The notes beneath the pieces are model-generated. The model worked only from the letters and a program-made list of their open reading frames with translations. It had not been told where the DNA came from and searched no databases. This document shows, piece after piece, positions 35,246 through 48,968 of a stretch of DNA of 64,000 nt. Positions within the stretch are counted from its first letter, which is position 1. Each line of letters begins with the position of its first letter. Origin of the DNA: Phoronis australis. Taxonomy: Eukaryota > Animalia > Phoronida. Location of the stretch: positions 277,723 through 341,722 of the forward strand of contig NMRA01000473.1 in NCBI GenBank assembly GCA_002633005.1, written 5' to 3'. A program made the position numbers and the translations under genes.

Positions 35246-38200
35246 CCTGTTAGAGGTTGTCTCATATGTCTGCTGCTTATAAGTAATGTATCGTAAATAC
35301 TCGTGCAGCACCTTGCTTTTAAGATAAACTCCTTCCGTATGAAGTTGAGGGTATACAGTATATTTATAGCTTTTTGTGTTTTATGTGTCTCACTTCAAAA
35401 ACCACTCACTGTCTATTGACAATGTAATAGATAATTTTGCATAAATGTTTATTCAGGTTATCCAAAGTCTAGGCTTAAAGTAGCAATAAGGTAAATGCTC
35501 ACACTCCTCAATTGTAATGGATAGTTCCATCGTGTCAATCAGACTATTGATTTTGGCCAGTAAGGGCACGGGGAAATTCGTCCTCCAACATTCATTGGTA
35601 ATGAAAGCAGTTTGTTTTTTATTTAGCAGACCTTCATCTAGTGAGTGCCCAGTGCATTCTAATGGACATATCCTGACTCAGATTTAGACACCCTAGTTAG
35701 GATGCTCTGCTCTAAAGTACAGGAATTGGTATTTTCCTCTTTTAAGAGGATTTCCTCTTTTTTGGTTTCGATTTCCTCTTGTTTGATTTCCTGTTTTCTT
35801 GTTTTTCGTCTCTTGAAATTGTTTATTTCAGTTAAACTTTACAACACAAAAAAAAATTCTTTCCCACAAGCCTATTTATTTGTGGAAGGATATATCACCT
35901 GGAAAATTTTGTCCGTTTTGTCATTGGACATTGCAAGCCCTGAAAGTATTGATGTTTCTTTTAACTTTATAACAGCAGTCCTGGAATCTCATTGACCTGT
36001 CCAGAATAAAAAAGGTATACAAGATATAACCCAAAATAACACCACACTAAAACAGCGATTTGTCTTGGTTAATTAAAATGCAGTGGAGATGTCATTGATC
36101 TTGGAAGCCCTGAAAAATTAGCAAACTCATTTTGGACATCTTATTTTTGAAATCTTGGTGGACTACACCCTAATATGTGTGGATGGCAACACCTGAAGAT
36201 TTGACCTGGCAGACATTCAAAGAGTCATGTATTCTTAGTGCTAATGCCAGATCTGTATTGGCCACCAATAAAACTTAACGCTGTATTATCATGTGAAGAC
36301 TTTTCTTTTATATAATCATTTGTGCTGAAGTCTATGGAATAGTTATTGAGCACTCCAAATCGTGTTTCACAGTTCATAGTGGCAAGCAGGGTAGGTCTAA
36401 TACTATCTAGCTGTTGCAGTACATCTGATACCTGAATGAAACTGAGATGAATAGTTTTGGTAATTTATGAAGGGACTCGAAGACTAGAGTCCATACTGAT
36501 GTGTGTTTCAGTTAATTTACTCCAAGGCCCTATGTGCTTGTTTGACTCTTTCATCTGAAGCTCATGCTGTTGGCTTTAGGGGACTTCCACCATATCTGCT
36601 TTGGGCTGTGTTGGATTTCACAAAGTTTACCACTCACACCAGAGGCCTAAACAGAGACATAGGGGTTCTGTCTCACTACAAGTCTGTAGTGAATAGACTC
36701 CAGTAGCTGCGTATGTCTCTGTTTGGGTCTCTCTCTCTCTCTCTCTCTCGTCACACGTAGGCCTACCCCACTGATATTTGCTATCTCATGTTGTGTTCAT
36801 ATTGTTCACGTTTATTGTATGTTACTATGTGGTCCTCTGTGCCATTTTATTTTAGATCTGTTTAGCAGTCTGTAGCACACCCTTGAGATAGAGCGCACCG
36901 CTCGATACGTGGGGATATTTTAATATATTTTAGTACCGACGCTCGTCATTTTAGTTTTACTAGTTTTACTATTTTGGATTTCACAACAATAAGTATAGTG
37001 GGCATGGCCTAACTGTATTTGTGAAATTATCCATTCAACAGATTGTGTGAGAGTGATTTTGACGTAGTTGACTGAGCTGATTTTGCCAGGTCAACCAGCT
37101 AAGATATAAGTTTTCACCAACAACTTATGGTCTCGGCTGGTGGGACTGGCAAAGTCCACGATGTGCAGCCATTGAGATAACCATCAATTTTGTGTTTAAT
37201 GCAAAATGATGTTTTCAGATGCATAAGTGATTATGAGAAGTTTGTGACTTAAAAAGATATATGTAATACATTACTGGAAATTAATATGTAAAAAATAAAG
37301 AGCAATCATTGTTTTAAAGCATTCAATTCTGATGTGACTTTCTGTTAAGACAATTTTTCAACATGTTCATCCGTTGGTGGACACTGGCTATGTAGTGCAA
37401 ATATGCAACTCCTGGTCTTATTCATTCCACTTCAGATTACTCTTTCATTCTGCATTGAAAAGGTGTCATGAAGTTTACATCCTGAAGCATGCCGCCAAGA
37501 TGATTGTAGCCTGGAACACCTGACTGGCAGGAGTATTGTATCTTACTTTTTTGTCTATGAAAAAGTTGTATTTGAAATAACATATCATAGGTATTTAGTT
37601 AAGTTCTATTATTGCTTCCTGGCGCTGTTCTCTTTGCTAGTGGCAATGTTATGAAGAATTTAACAATTGTGATTTGCTTGCTTTGATGAAGAATTCAAAT
37701 TTATTATGTGTAGTATTTAAAACCGCCTATACCTGTATCATTCAGTACACTATCAAGGTGGTTCTCCTTAGCCTAGTTACTTTTGCTAGTGCAATATGCT
37801 ATTTATAAGTTGTTGATACTGGACAGTCATTTTAAGGTCATGGGATGTAAAGGATGCACCAGTCTTACCTAAACAATATGTATTTATTTATTTGTTGGAT
37901 GTGTCATTCTTAATACACTGTCCTCATTGTTGTGGACCGAAATACATTGCACTAAGTATTGGCATTTCAATTACTATAATGACATCTCACAGACACTAAT
38001 TAAAGACATAGCAAATTAAACTGGGTAAAACATGAAATCTGTATGAAACTACTGAAGAAGTAGGTATACCTTTTATTTAGTCCTTAATTTCAAAGAAATT
38101 AAATAAGTGAACATTATCTATACACATTGTATGTGTTCACTTTGTCCAAAATGTTTGTGGAAAGAAGATGTTTTAAGAAAGCAGTCGGAAATGTAAAAGG

Positions 38201-38448
38201 GCACAAATTCGGGTTGGATGAGGGCAGTAGTTACATCCATGGTCACAAGTCCCGGTTTGGTCCTCTTCCTTTAACTTCGCACCCTCCCCCCTCCCTCCCC
38301 CCGTGGGTACGGGTGATCAAAACAAAAACCTTGATACTGGTGAATGATCTTTCGAGAGCGAGCTGAAGTCTCTATGTACTTTACCTCATAAAACGAATAC
38401 AAACTTCAGAGGAATTGGTTGCCTTGAGGCACCCATTCTGTCGTGCCC

Positions 38449-38609
38449 CAGTGGCGGATTTAAGGGGGTCAAGAGGGCCGTGCCCCTACCCCCTAAAATT
38501 TTCTTAGATTCTGTTTGTCAGTTTGGGAGTGCGAATGTCTGATGGGCAAAATACTGGCTAATATTCTGGCCTGCCCCCCCCCCAACCCAAAATCCTGGAT
38601 CTGCCCCTG
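38449..38609. mobile_element. Short GC-rich MITE
   Basis: Termini cagtggcggat / atctgcccctg. Confidence 0.6.
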
Positions 38610-38857
38610 TGCTCGGACATGCAGCTTGACTCAGTGCATCATCTCAAGCAACAGTGACATGTCATTGCTTTTCAATCCTAGAAACCAGGCCCGTAGACTT
38701 CATTTCTTATCCTAAGGCGCTTTCCCATTAGGGTGCCTTCGGTATACCGAAGCCTCGCCGAAACTTCGCTTACCTTTCCGACTCGACAGCGATATCGAAC
38801 TTATCGCTAAGATACCAGACAACGCAGCTCATTCGCACTCTCAAACGAATATTGCCG

Positions 38858-39230
38858 GGATTTTCCGTAGATAAGCTCACCCGATGAAAAGCCTATGGGC
38901 GTTTATTTGATGTTACATCTTCTGGCGCCAAGTGTCCATATAGTGGGCGCCTGTATTTGGAAAATTTCCTCTTAAAAGCCCACTCAGCGTCGACTTTTTG
39001 ACACAAATTCAGATTTGTGGAGCATTTGCATTTATGAAAACGAACACGGTGTTGGCGAACTATATGCATTCATTAACATGAAATTTAAATACACAGATTT
39101 AAGTAAGAAATGTCGGTGTGAGCAAAACTATTCCTTTCCGTTTACATGCCCCCTTTCCGTTTATTTGGTGTCATTAAAACGCCTTAACATTTTCATAATA
39201 CACGCCTATGGGCTTATCTACGGAAAATCC
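38858..39230. repeat. Inverted-repeat-bounded segment (probable MITE)
   Basis: ggattttccgtagataagc ... gcttatctacggaaaatcc, a 19-bp inverted repeat. Confidence 0.55.
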
Positions 39231-40089
39231 TGTTTGGGACATGATGAAATCGATTTTACAATTTTAGCTTACATGGCCTAAATAAAAAAGTTTTAGTTAC
39301 CCGAGACGTGGGTTAATCAAGTTGAGCATTTAAATGTTTGAATGAATTCATGTGCTATTTAAAACTACTGTATTTTGGTTTTGGCTAAAGTATTTTTCAT
39401 AGGTCAATTGTTGAGTAAGTAGTCTATTGCACAGATATGAACAAGACCAACATGCACAACTATGAGATATCATAAACACAACCGTTTCTATATAATAAGA
39501 AACTTATTCAAGCGGCAAAATAAACAGTAAACTAATAGTGTAATGTTACAACTATGAGAAAATATCATGGATACTGGACAAATGGGCGGGAACATATGAT
39601 CAAAAATAAATTATAAACAAACCGAGCCTAAGCGTTGGTTTACAAGTTCCATTATGCCTTGTGGTAACCAGATCATGTTTTTAGAACCAAAAATCACTCA
39701 TAATTTCAATCAGATCACAAAGTTTAAGAAAAAAAACTAGGTTAAACTTTACTATTAGACATCTGATCTGAAATTAATGAGACGACTAGAATTAATGTCA
39801 GTACTTTAACATTTCACTAACATATCATGTCATATATTTTGTTATTCAGCAATAACCGTTTTATATTCAGCATATGACAAAAGCTAAAAAAACGTGAATT
39901 CGGATGGAGATGTCTTTTTTCCATCTAAAAAACTGTGGTAGGCTAATGGGGTAGGTATTCATATATAGTAGAAACGATTGAGCTGCTTTTAATCCATCCA
40001 TATTCATACTCAAAAAAGCATGAGACATGTTTTACTGTCGTCTAAACGTACAATCATAGATTACAATACACAATACAGTATACATGGTA

Positions 40090-41325
40090 AAGATCCAAGC
40101 ATGTCTCTCGTAGTTTATATCAATTTCGGTTGGGTCGACTTGACCTAGAATATGTACCCAAATATAAATATTTAGGAATAATTTTAAATGAACATTTGAA
40201 GTTTTCTGAAACTGCTAAAACTCTATCCGAATCTGCCGGAAGAGCTTTGGGCGCTTTAATTAATAAATTTAAAAAGAATAAAAATATGAGGTACAGAACG
40301 TTCACTACATTATTCAATGCTTGTGTTGTGCCTGTTAAGAGATTATTGTGTAGGTGTCTGGGGCGGCTCTAGTCTACAGGATTATGATGTCATTCAGAAT
40401 AGAGCCGCGCGATTTTTCTTGGGCGTTCACAAATTCGCTCCTAATCATGCTGTTATGGGTGACATGGGGTGGGAATTCCCCAGTGTTAGGCGGAAATTTG
40501 AGCTTTTGAGAATGTGGAATCGTATTATTAATTTCGAGGATGATAAACTAACATATCGAATATTTTGGTGGGACTACACTACTTGTACTAATAATTGGTC
40601 TTCTGAAGCCTTGAGCATTTTTGAAGAATTAGGGATTTCGGATTGTTTTCATAACTTACGTTCAGGTAATCTGTCTCACTGTAAGAATATTTTACATGAT
40701 TTAGCCTGTGATAGGTGGTTGTTTGAAAGCCGTTCGAAACCAAAGTTAAGAACCTATGTTTTAATGAAGAATGTCTTTGAAGTTGAGCCTTACGTGCATT
40801 TAGACTTAACTCGGCCTAGTAGGTCAATTCTTGCTCAAATTAGAACCGGAACCCTACAGCTATTGGTTGAGGTTGGGCGTTTTCGTTCTCTAGATTTTGA
40901 TGACAGAATTTGCTGTCTTTGTCACACTGGTCAGGTCGAAACTGAACTACATTTTCTGTTTGAGTGTCCGTTTTTCTTAGATGCCAGAAACACCTTTTAT
41001 TGTCAAGTTGAGATTAAATATCCACGATTCCGTGCAGAAAGCTGTGAAAGTAAATTAATTACAATCATGCAAAAAGATGCTATTAGAAAAACTTCAGTTT
41101 TCATCAAAAATATTTTTGAAGTAAGGAAAAATTATATTTATTTATGATCACTTTTATCTCGGCCTTCTCTTTCTGGTCCTCTTGCAATGCGTGTACACTT
41201 GTCTTTTCTTTTTTGTATCATGTATCTAAAGTGACTTATAAGCCCCGTGGAGGGCTGGGTGTTCCTAGTGTTTGTAACGTATTCATTGTTTAAATTCATT
41301 TGAACACATGTCACTATAATAAAAA
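40090..41325 (+). mobile_element. 3' fragment of an RTE-X-like LINE ending in AATAAA plus a microsatellite tail
   Basis: KYKYLGI, IQNRAARFFLGV, KLRTY..FEVEPY, EVGRF..RICCLC..ETELHFLFEC; one frameshift. Confidence 0.85.
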
Positions 41326-41463
<138 letters not shown>

Positions 41464-42514
41464 GGTAAATGCCCCATTTATTACGTCAATGCGATCATTG
41501 TTATGTTAAATGTCAGTGATACTATGCATAAGTAATAACTTTATTGAAGTGCTCAAAGGTCGTAGATCCACACCACAGTTGAGCCTATACATATTTACAT
41601 AGGCAGAGTACACAATATACAAATTATATACACAGCAATAACATCTTTGTAAGTGTAGATAACTTATGGAAGTCGTCACCATAGAAACTATTCAGCTTCT
41701 CCGCTAGGTGTCCCTGCGTAGATAAATTGAGCGGCCATGTTTTCAAGAAGTGCACGAATTTTGAAAAACAATGCAGGCCATACTTTGCTTTACTGTGTAA
41801 CCGATTGTATTTAGCCAGGTACTGTACCCTTTTGATGAATGCATGTTTCATGTTTAGTGGTAACTTTGATTTAAAGACTTAATTGTGCATGTTTTTTGAC
41901 TGAGTACTGTAACAGGTCGATCCCGTGCCGTGCCGTTGGCCGTGCTTGACCTGTGGCTGTACCCCGTGTGGTGGCTCTGATGCACGGGATCTTATTTCGA
42001 CCTTTTAGAACATACCTCTCGTAGACACGGTAAGTAAAGACGGGAGTACAGCGTAACCATTACATCGCTATGTAGAACTGATGGAAATTTGGCGAGTTTC
42101 AGAATCTTGCTATTAGTATTAGGTGATGTGGTTTGGTGCTTGACTTTTGATCGGAGTCAGTCAGTGATCCTGATGGAAAGCTAAGCAGCATCCTATCACA
42201 GCAATAGTCAGGCACATCACATAGTGGCAAGAATGCAAACCTCACCAGACTTGCAGTGGTTCTATGTAGTGATGTAATGACGTTCACTGTACTCCTTTCT
42301 TCACTCTAATTTTGGTGTGTGTTGTGACACAAAGACTTCCGGGTGTGACGTACAGCTAGATAAAGCCTCTCTAAATAGCTTGCCAAGTGGCAATTCTGAA
42401 CACAAAGAGTGCATTTCTGACGGCAAATTCCAGGACACGAGGTAGTGTTGCTGAAAGCAAATTCCAGGACGCCAGGAGACGCGCCTATTCTGTGGTAGGG
42501 AAATAGTGTTGTTA

Positions 42515-42895
42515 CACATGACTTCCGGGTGTGAGGTATAGCTAGATAAAAAGCCTCTCTTTAGGAAGCGGCAATTGCCTCTTGGCTGAACAGTTTAGAT
42601 GCTCGGCTCTCACACATGCAACCTGGGTTCAAGTCTCGGGTGTCACTGAAATTCTATGTATTTGCACTATAAGTTCTGAAGATCAAAATAAGTTCCCCTC
42701 ACTCTGTTTTGGCCCGACTAGGATTGGTGTAGACAGTACCAATGTCTCAACTGGTCCCAATAGAGACTGTAGTCATTTCATAGGCCCGCCATACGTCAGA
42801 AGCTTTTCGGTGAATTATACCTCTCACTTAAACCATGGATGCCATGTTCCTGTAAGTATCTTTTGCACATAGAGCGAGACCTTAGGAGGCTGTTG
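42515..42895 (+). mobile_element. tRNA-derived SINE-like repeat with a 5' extension
   Basis: A box tggctgaacagttt and B box ggttcaagtct. The upstream gacttccgggtg motif is also at 31533 and 42333. The 3' boundary is uncertain. Confidence 0.5.
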
Positions 42896-43084
42896 ATGTC
42901 TTTATCTCTTTCCAGCTTGAACAAGTGCTCTCACATTCAAACTTTTTATCAAACAGTTTTTTGTTCAGTTACCCTAATCAGCACCTGTCCATTTTTACCT
43001 TGCTTGCAACAAATGATGTGACGTCGACCCCCTGGCTGCTGCATTGTTCTCAAATGCTACATTGGTTTTAATTTTGAACTCTGG

Positions 43085-43486
43085 GTGGCACCCCCCTCCC
43101 GTGGCACCCCCCTCCCATGGCACCCCCCTCCTGTGGCACCCCCCTCCCATGGCACCCCCCTCCCGTGGCACCCCCCTCCCGTGGCACCCCCCTCCCGTGG
43201 CACCCCCCTCCCGTGGCACCCCCCTCCCGTGGCACCCCCCTCCCGTGGCACCCCCCTCCCGTGGCACCCCCCTCCCGTGGCACCCCCCTCCCGTGGCACC
43301 CCCCTCCCGTGGCACCCCCCTCCCGTGGCACCCCCCTCCCGTGGCACCCCCCTCCCGTGGCACCCCCCTCCCGTGGCACCCCCCTCCCGTGGCACCCCCC
43401 TCCCGTGGCACCCCCCTCCCGTGGCACCCCCCTCCCGTGGCACCCCCCTCCCGTGGCACCCCCCTNAGCACCCCCTTCCCGTGGCA
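43085..43486. repeat. 16-bp C-rich minisatellite, about 25 copies
   Basis: Unit gtggcacccccctccc. Confidence 0.97.
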
Positions 43487-44188
43487 GACCCTTACCATTA
43501 TGGTACAGAGCGCCCTGTGTCTGGATCATCACTTGGAGCTAATTAAAAAACTCATATCCTTTTTCTGATAGATTCATGCAGTACACATTATTATTTGTTG
43601 AAACATTATTTAAAATTGCTAGCTTCACTGGGCTTTTTACGTTCCTCTTGGTGTCTCCAGCTAACAATTAACTGTTTCAAGGGTAACATTGTCATTCATG
43701 TCACCTCATTAACTGGTTTCATTTATTGCTGCAGCCACTTTATGTTTTTGTTTGCTTCAATAACACTTGGGATTTTATTTGTCACATTATTTACTCTTTA
43801 ACAAAGTGTTTAATGTGCTGATAATAGGCATTTATGTTTAGGTTTATGAAAATGATCATTAATACATGGTCATAAATTTACAATCATGTTCAGTCTAAAA
43901 AGGCTTAGGTTGGATGAATCAATATGAAGGATTTTTCTGTTTTCTGTGAGTAAAGGTTTAGTTTAATTATTCATTCCCAGGTAGCTTGGGTGGTATGAGT
44001 TATCAATGTACACTTTTAGTTTTGAGTTGTTTTTTTTTTGCATGAGAGTGCTAGCCAACTCTATAATTTTTGGCAATAGTTTGTGAGTACGATGATTCTG
44101 TTCCAACGATATGCACATCACTATCATTTGTTTTTCAACTTGAAATTGCTAGAGTGACCAGATTTTAACATTGATTTGTTAATAAGTT

Positions 44189-44762
44189 AAGTGCCGTCCA
44201 CACACAGTAACCTAGAACAAGTTACTCCTGGAACAAGTTGTTGCCAGGTTTGGGGATTGTGTGGAGGCTACTTAAACTAGTGCAACTTGCCCCACTTGTG
44301 GCAACTTTCTCCACATTATGGAGGTGGGGTAACTTGTTCAAGGGTAACTTGCAGCACTTCTATTTGCTGTGCAGCCACAACATGGTTTAAGGTATGAGTA
44401 ATTATCAGCTGCAGTAACAAAAGGACGGGTCTTCTTTTGCACGCCGCGTCAGCTGTTTATTGTCAAGCACAGAGCGACAACTTTTGCCTTGTACTAGCGC
44501 CTTGTACTAGCACCTTGTACTAGCGCCTTGTACTAGCGCCTTGTACTAGCGCCTTGTACTAGCGCCTTGTACTAGCGCCTTGTACTAGCGCCTTGTACTA
44601 GCGCCTTGTACTAGCGCCTTGTACTAGCGCCTTGTACTAGCGCCTTGTACTAGCGCCTTGTACTAGTTATCGGATATTAGTGAGTGGACGCTCCTTTAAA
44701 GTGGAACACGTTACACTAGTCCAAATTGTTCTCTATGGTAAGTCTGTATGTGGACAGGACTT
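44189..44762. mobile_element. MITE with imperfect TIRs containing a 13-bp array
   Basis: aagtgccgtccacacacag versus the reverse complement of the right end, aagtcctgtccacatacag. Confidence 0.55.
44486..44666. repeat. 13-bp minisatellite, about 14 copies
   Basis: Unit gccttgtactagc. Confidence 0.97.
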
Positions 44763-46958
44763 CGTGTTATTATCAAATTTCCAAAGTGACTAAAAGGTTA
44801 TTATGCCTATTTTGCTTTTGTGATCAAGGTACTGCTAATAAGGCAATGGTTCTGTTGATTCATTCTATAAGATGAAGTCCTATGTTAATTATTAATAAGA
44901 AGGATCACAGTTGTTGTGCTAATCCTCATGTGTGTTTGTGTGTGTATTGATTGGTTTTGCTTGTGTGTCATACACCCACCACAGCTGTGGCAAACCAAGG
45001 TATGCAGTATGGCTGGCCCTGTCTGCTTCATTCTGGACTGGGAAAACAGGGCTACTCTGATCTTTGGGGGATATCTTATAGAATGGAGTTTATGGTGACA
45101 TCCTGCTCCTCTCAGTTGGTCTTGGGGTAATGGGTACTTTAACCTGCTAAGTATCACCTCAAGTGAAAATTATAGTTTTGAACAGGTGTTTGAGATCTGA
45201 GTACAGTAAGAATTTTTCAAATTGGAACACATGGCAGAACAGTGAAGTTTTATTTTATCATTTTTTTTCAAAAAGAGACAATTTTACCTGATCATTTGAA
45301 AACTTAGTATAGTATAGTAGGTTTAAATTTTGAACATTTCTGGTAATAACAAGAGAGTTTGAAAATGGAAAAAATGGCAATTGTAACCATTGATTTTTAT
45401 TGAATTTGAGAAAACTTTACCGCGTGCTGTTTGGGTGGTAAAGTGAAAATTGTTGCTCCTGCTTTTTTGTCATTGTTCATTACATGCCTTGTATTATAAG
45501 GTAACACCCTTTCATACCATGAGTGGTGAAAATGCTTCAAGTTTCAATGGAAAAATGCTCTAGTGAAAATGCAGAATTTTTTTGGGGGGATAACTCACAG
45601 CAGTTTTTTTTTGGGGGGGGGGTGGNTGGTAACTGGCAGTGCTAGCAAAAGTGGCTCTAGCATAAGTGTATTGTTGACATGAGTTGTGCTGTTGTTACTC
45701 GTGAATGTGCTAGCTAAATGCTAACATTTTAGCCAATGAAGGGCTGGGGGGGGAGAGGGTATACATTTTAATGGTTCAATCCCAGTATATGGGCTTGACA
45801 GGCCTGTGGTAGGACATATGATGCTTGACAGTCTACAGAAAATTGTCCTCAGTACAGACTTTTCTGTTTAGGGTCATGTTTATATCTTGGAGTGCTGGTC
45901 TCAAACATAAATAACATTCATGCTATTGTTCATGGTGAAAGACTGAGTATTTGGCAGCATAATGGTTTATGGCTTTACCATTGTCAGTGCATTGCACTAA
46001 ACATTGTGTTGTACACAGAAATACCCTCATTTCTACAGCTGTTGGTATGTCCAGATTAAAAAGGAAACACTTTCCTTAAAGGCCCTTTCATATTGGGCAG
46101 TTGCCATCAGTATGAACAGTTAACTTTGGTCCTGGATCAGAGTTAATAACCTCAGTTAACTTTCCAGTAAACAGGTGGATTTAACAGTGGACCGTTGATG
46201 CTGTGGTGAACAGGCTACTTCGGTCTCATTGAAGTTATCCCCAGGTGCCACTGTTATTGTCAACAATTAAAGAGCAGTGTGTTACTAATAGTTGCTTATG
46301 TTTTCCTCGAATAATCACCAATCGAATTAGAAATCAGTTTTATGTCAATTAGTGCACGTAAGTGCTATCAAATTGTCACATTAAAAAAATCTTAGCGTGC
46401 ACAGGATAAATCAGCGCTGCCTTGCGTTTACTTCAATGACGACAGTGTCTCCTACGGTTTACTTTGATGCCATTAACTGTCGAAGCTGGTATGAACGATT
46501 CAATTAACTTTGCAGTTTATGTTGTTGCTCTGTTGAATGGCAGAATTGTTAGTATGAAGGGGCCTTTAAAGTCAGAAAGGAGCTTAGATTCAAATCTACT
46601 CTCAAGTCAATTGGTCATAATTGCAGGTATTGCATTCAATCACAGATGTTTGAATTGAATATTGATGCAGTTTGAATATTTAAGGTTATTTTGATGGGTC
46701 TTCTGTGCTTGTCTGTACATGTGTATTGATGATGGTAAACATTCAGTACGGTAAAGTCGCGCGATTTTCGGACGGCCCGCCATTTTCGACCAAGAATAAA
46801 TATTTCTGAAATAAGTTTTTCATAGTCCATGAAATTCGTACAAGGTCCAAAAACTGTTTTTCAATGATCCTCGAATTTCGGACAATGTCATAAACGTCGG
46901 ATTTTTGTTCGCAACTTTCGGACAAGGAAAATTAGGTTCGCATAATAGTACTAATAGC

Positions 46959-47253
46959 GTAGGTTCACACGAGACGTTCAGGATCTACCGATAATAGGTT
47001 CACATGATAACATTGTAGGTTCACATGAGACATTCAGGATCTACCGATTATGGGTTCACATGATAGCACTGTAGGTTCACATGAGACGTTCAGGATCTAC
47101 TGATAATAGTTTCACATGATAGCACTGTAGGTTCATATGAGACATTCAGGATCTACCAATAATAGATTCACATGATAGCACTGTAGGTTCACATGAGACG
47201 TTCAGGATCTACCGATAATAGGTTCACATGATAGCACTGTAGGTTCACATGAG
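46959..47253. repeat. 56-bp tandem repeat, about 5 copies
   Basis: Unit gtaggttcacatgagacgttcaggatctaccgataataggttcacatgatagcact. Confidence 0.93.
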
Positions 47254-47327
47254 TGGCAAATGGTGAGCAGTTAAACTGGCTAAAATGCTATCAAAAACAG
47301 TGTGTTATCTGGCCTAGCTGTCTTTAA

Positions 47328-48968
47328 AAGGGGACTGTAGTCAAAATAATGTTGCAGTTAATCGGTTCTAACATACAAATAAAACTCACATTTGCCTGAC
47401 TTGCGTGCCAAACAAAAGCCAATTCGTATTCATGGTCCAAACACTGAATTCTGAAAGCGATCGCTGATTGGCTGATGTGTCAGTGACGTGAACGGCGGGG
47501 TATCGGCTGCTTTGCACATTCATTGCTTATGTCATATTTGAAGAGTTTACATCGTAATTTATCATTGTATCAATCGTCCTTATTTTTTATTGTTTGCCAC
47601 AGTGCTGTAAAAGGTTCGCTATGCCTTTTTGTATGGCACCTGGTTGCTCAAACTCTTCGAAAAAGGCGTCTTCTAAAGGGATGGTCATCGCATACCATCG
47701 CCGGGTTACCCAAGCCTTGGCCCAAAGCTCAGTGTATACTAGATATAGGCCTACAGGTTTAAGCCGATATGGGTAAAAAATGTACAAATAAAATCTGACT
47801 CAAATAAATGTCATTAAAACTAAGTCATCCTTGAGTAAACCTAGGAAACAGGTTCCTAGAGTAAACTAACTTCTGTATTTACCGGTGTTGGAAATGTTAG
47901 CGATCGTTCATCGGCTGGTGCTAGTAAAATTGTGATGTGTTTTCTTGAGTCGGCTTTTTGCGATTACGTCACCTGACCTTTACCAGTTTCTTTTCCCCCT
48001 GATTCTTTTATCATGTGTTCGTCGCTGACGGTACCTAGGTTGCGTACATGTTATAACAAATTATCGGAGCTTGTTTCATTTTGTTTCAAGTTTTTAGTAT
48101 TTTTACACCAGCAAACCGAATTTTAGAACAACCTTGGTGCTGCGAAGCTGTTATGATGTCCCGAAAGACGTCTCAAATTTTTATGAAATGGCGCGTGCGC
48201 CGTGTCACGAGCGTGCTGTTCTTGAAACGGACAACACACTTCTTTGTTAAAAAGGCGGCAAATTATGCTACCAAAGGACGTTTATTTGATTGTTTTCCAC
48301 TTAAACGGCTGCAACGAACAATGGAAGTGTCGGGTGACTATATCAGATTTTGCATGCGCCCCTGCCGGTCCGTTAGCTTTATATGTTGATGTAGCCTAAG
48401 TTTTACGACGAGGTGACGAGCATAACTGAGTCAACTATACCCGGGTAGTCAACGGCTGTCTGAAATTTCGGGGTTAACGGAGCTCAACACACAGTGGTAC
48501 GATAGTCTTCATACAGGTACAGTCGGTAACTTACCAACCCTTCAAGTTTACAGAGCTGCCGGAGTATTGGCTGACAACTGGCTGACTGGATGGCTAGAGT
48601 CCACATTGCCCTCGGCACAGTCACTGACACCAGTTACACCGGCAAATTTTCGTCTGACGATGACGATGACTAGGTATCATTTTGTGTTGCCTCGGCTCAA
48701 ACAGGTATCCCTTGTGACCCGAAATTTCACACTAAAATTTCTTATTCCGACAATGTAATACACGCTACTTGATTTGCACGCTAACACAGGACAGTGACTT
48801 TGCCCCCGCCAAATACGTCACGAGACTAAGCAGCGCTCCAAGCCGGTATTTTTTTGAGCTTCGTTAGAGAACATAAGTTTAATTTTTGGTGTTGAATTAT
48901 TTGTGAAATTAATCAACAATTCATAGAAAACTATCCAGAATTTATTCAGAATAAAATACAGTTCCCTT
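47328..48968 (+). mobile_element. Kolobok-like non-autonomous DNA transposon
   Basis: TTAA on both sides. TIR aaggggactgta / aagggaactgta (11/12). THAP start MPFCMAPGCSN...YHR at 47621. Opposite-strand GYLFEPR at 48690-48710. Confidence 0.7.

Noticed and set aside
41919-41991. Box C/D snoRNA (CTGA before a terminal stem)
   Set aside because: There is no box C (RTGATGA) after the 5' stem.
42165-42195. 5S rRNA-like 'gaaagctaagcag'
   Set aside because: The similarity is too short and the flanks do not match 5S.
42995-43568. Several long Pro/Gly/His-rich ORFs on both strands
   Set aside because: They are by-products of a stop-free 16-bp minisatellite.
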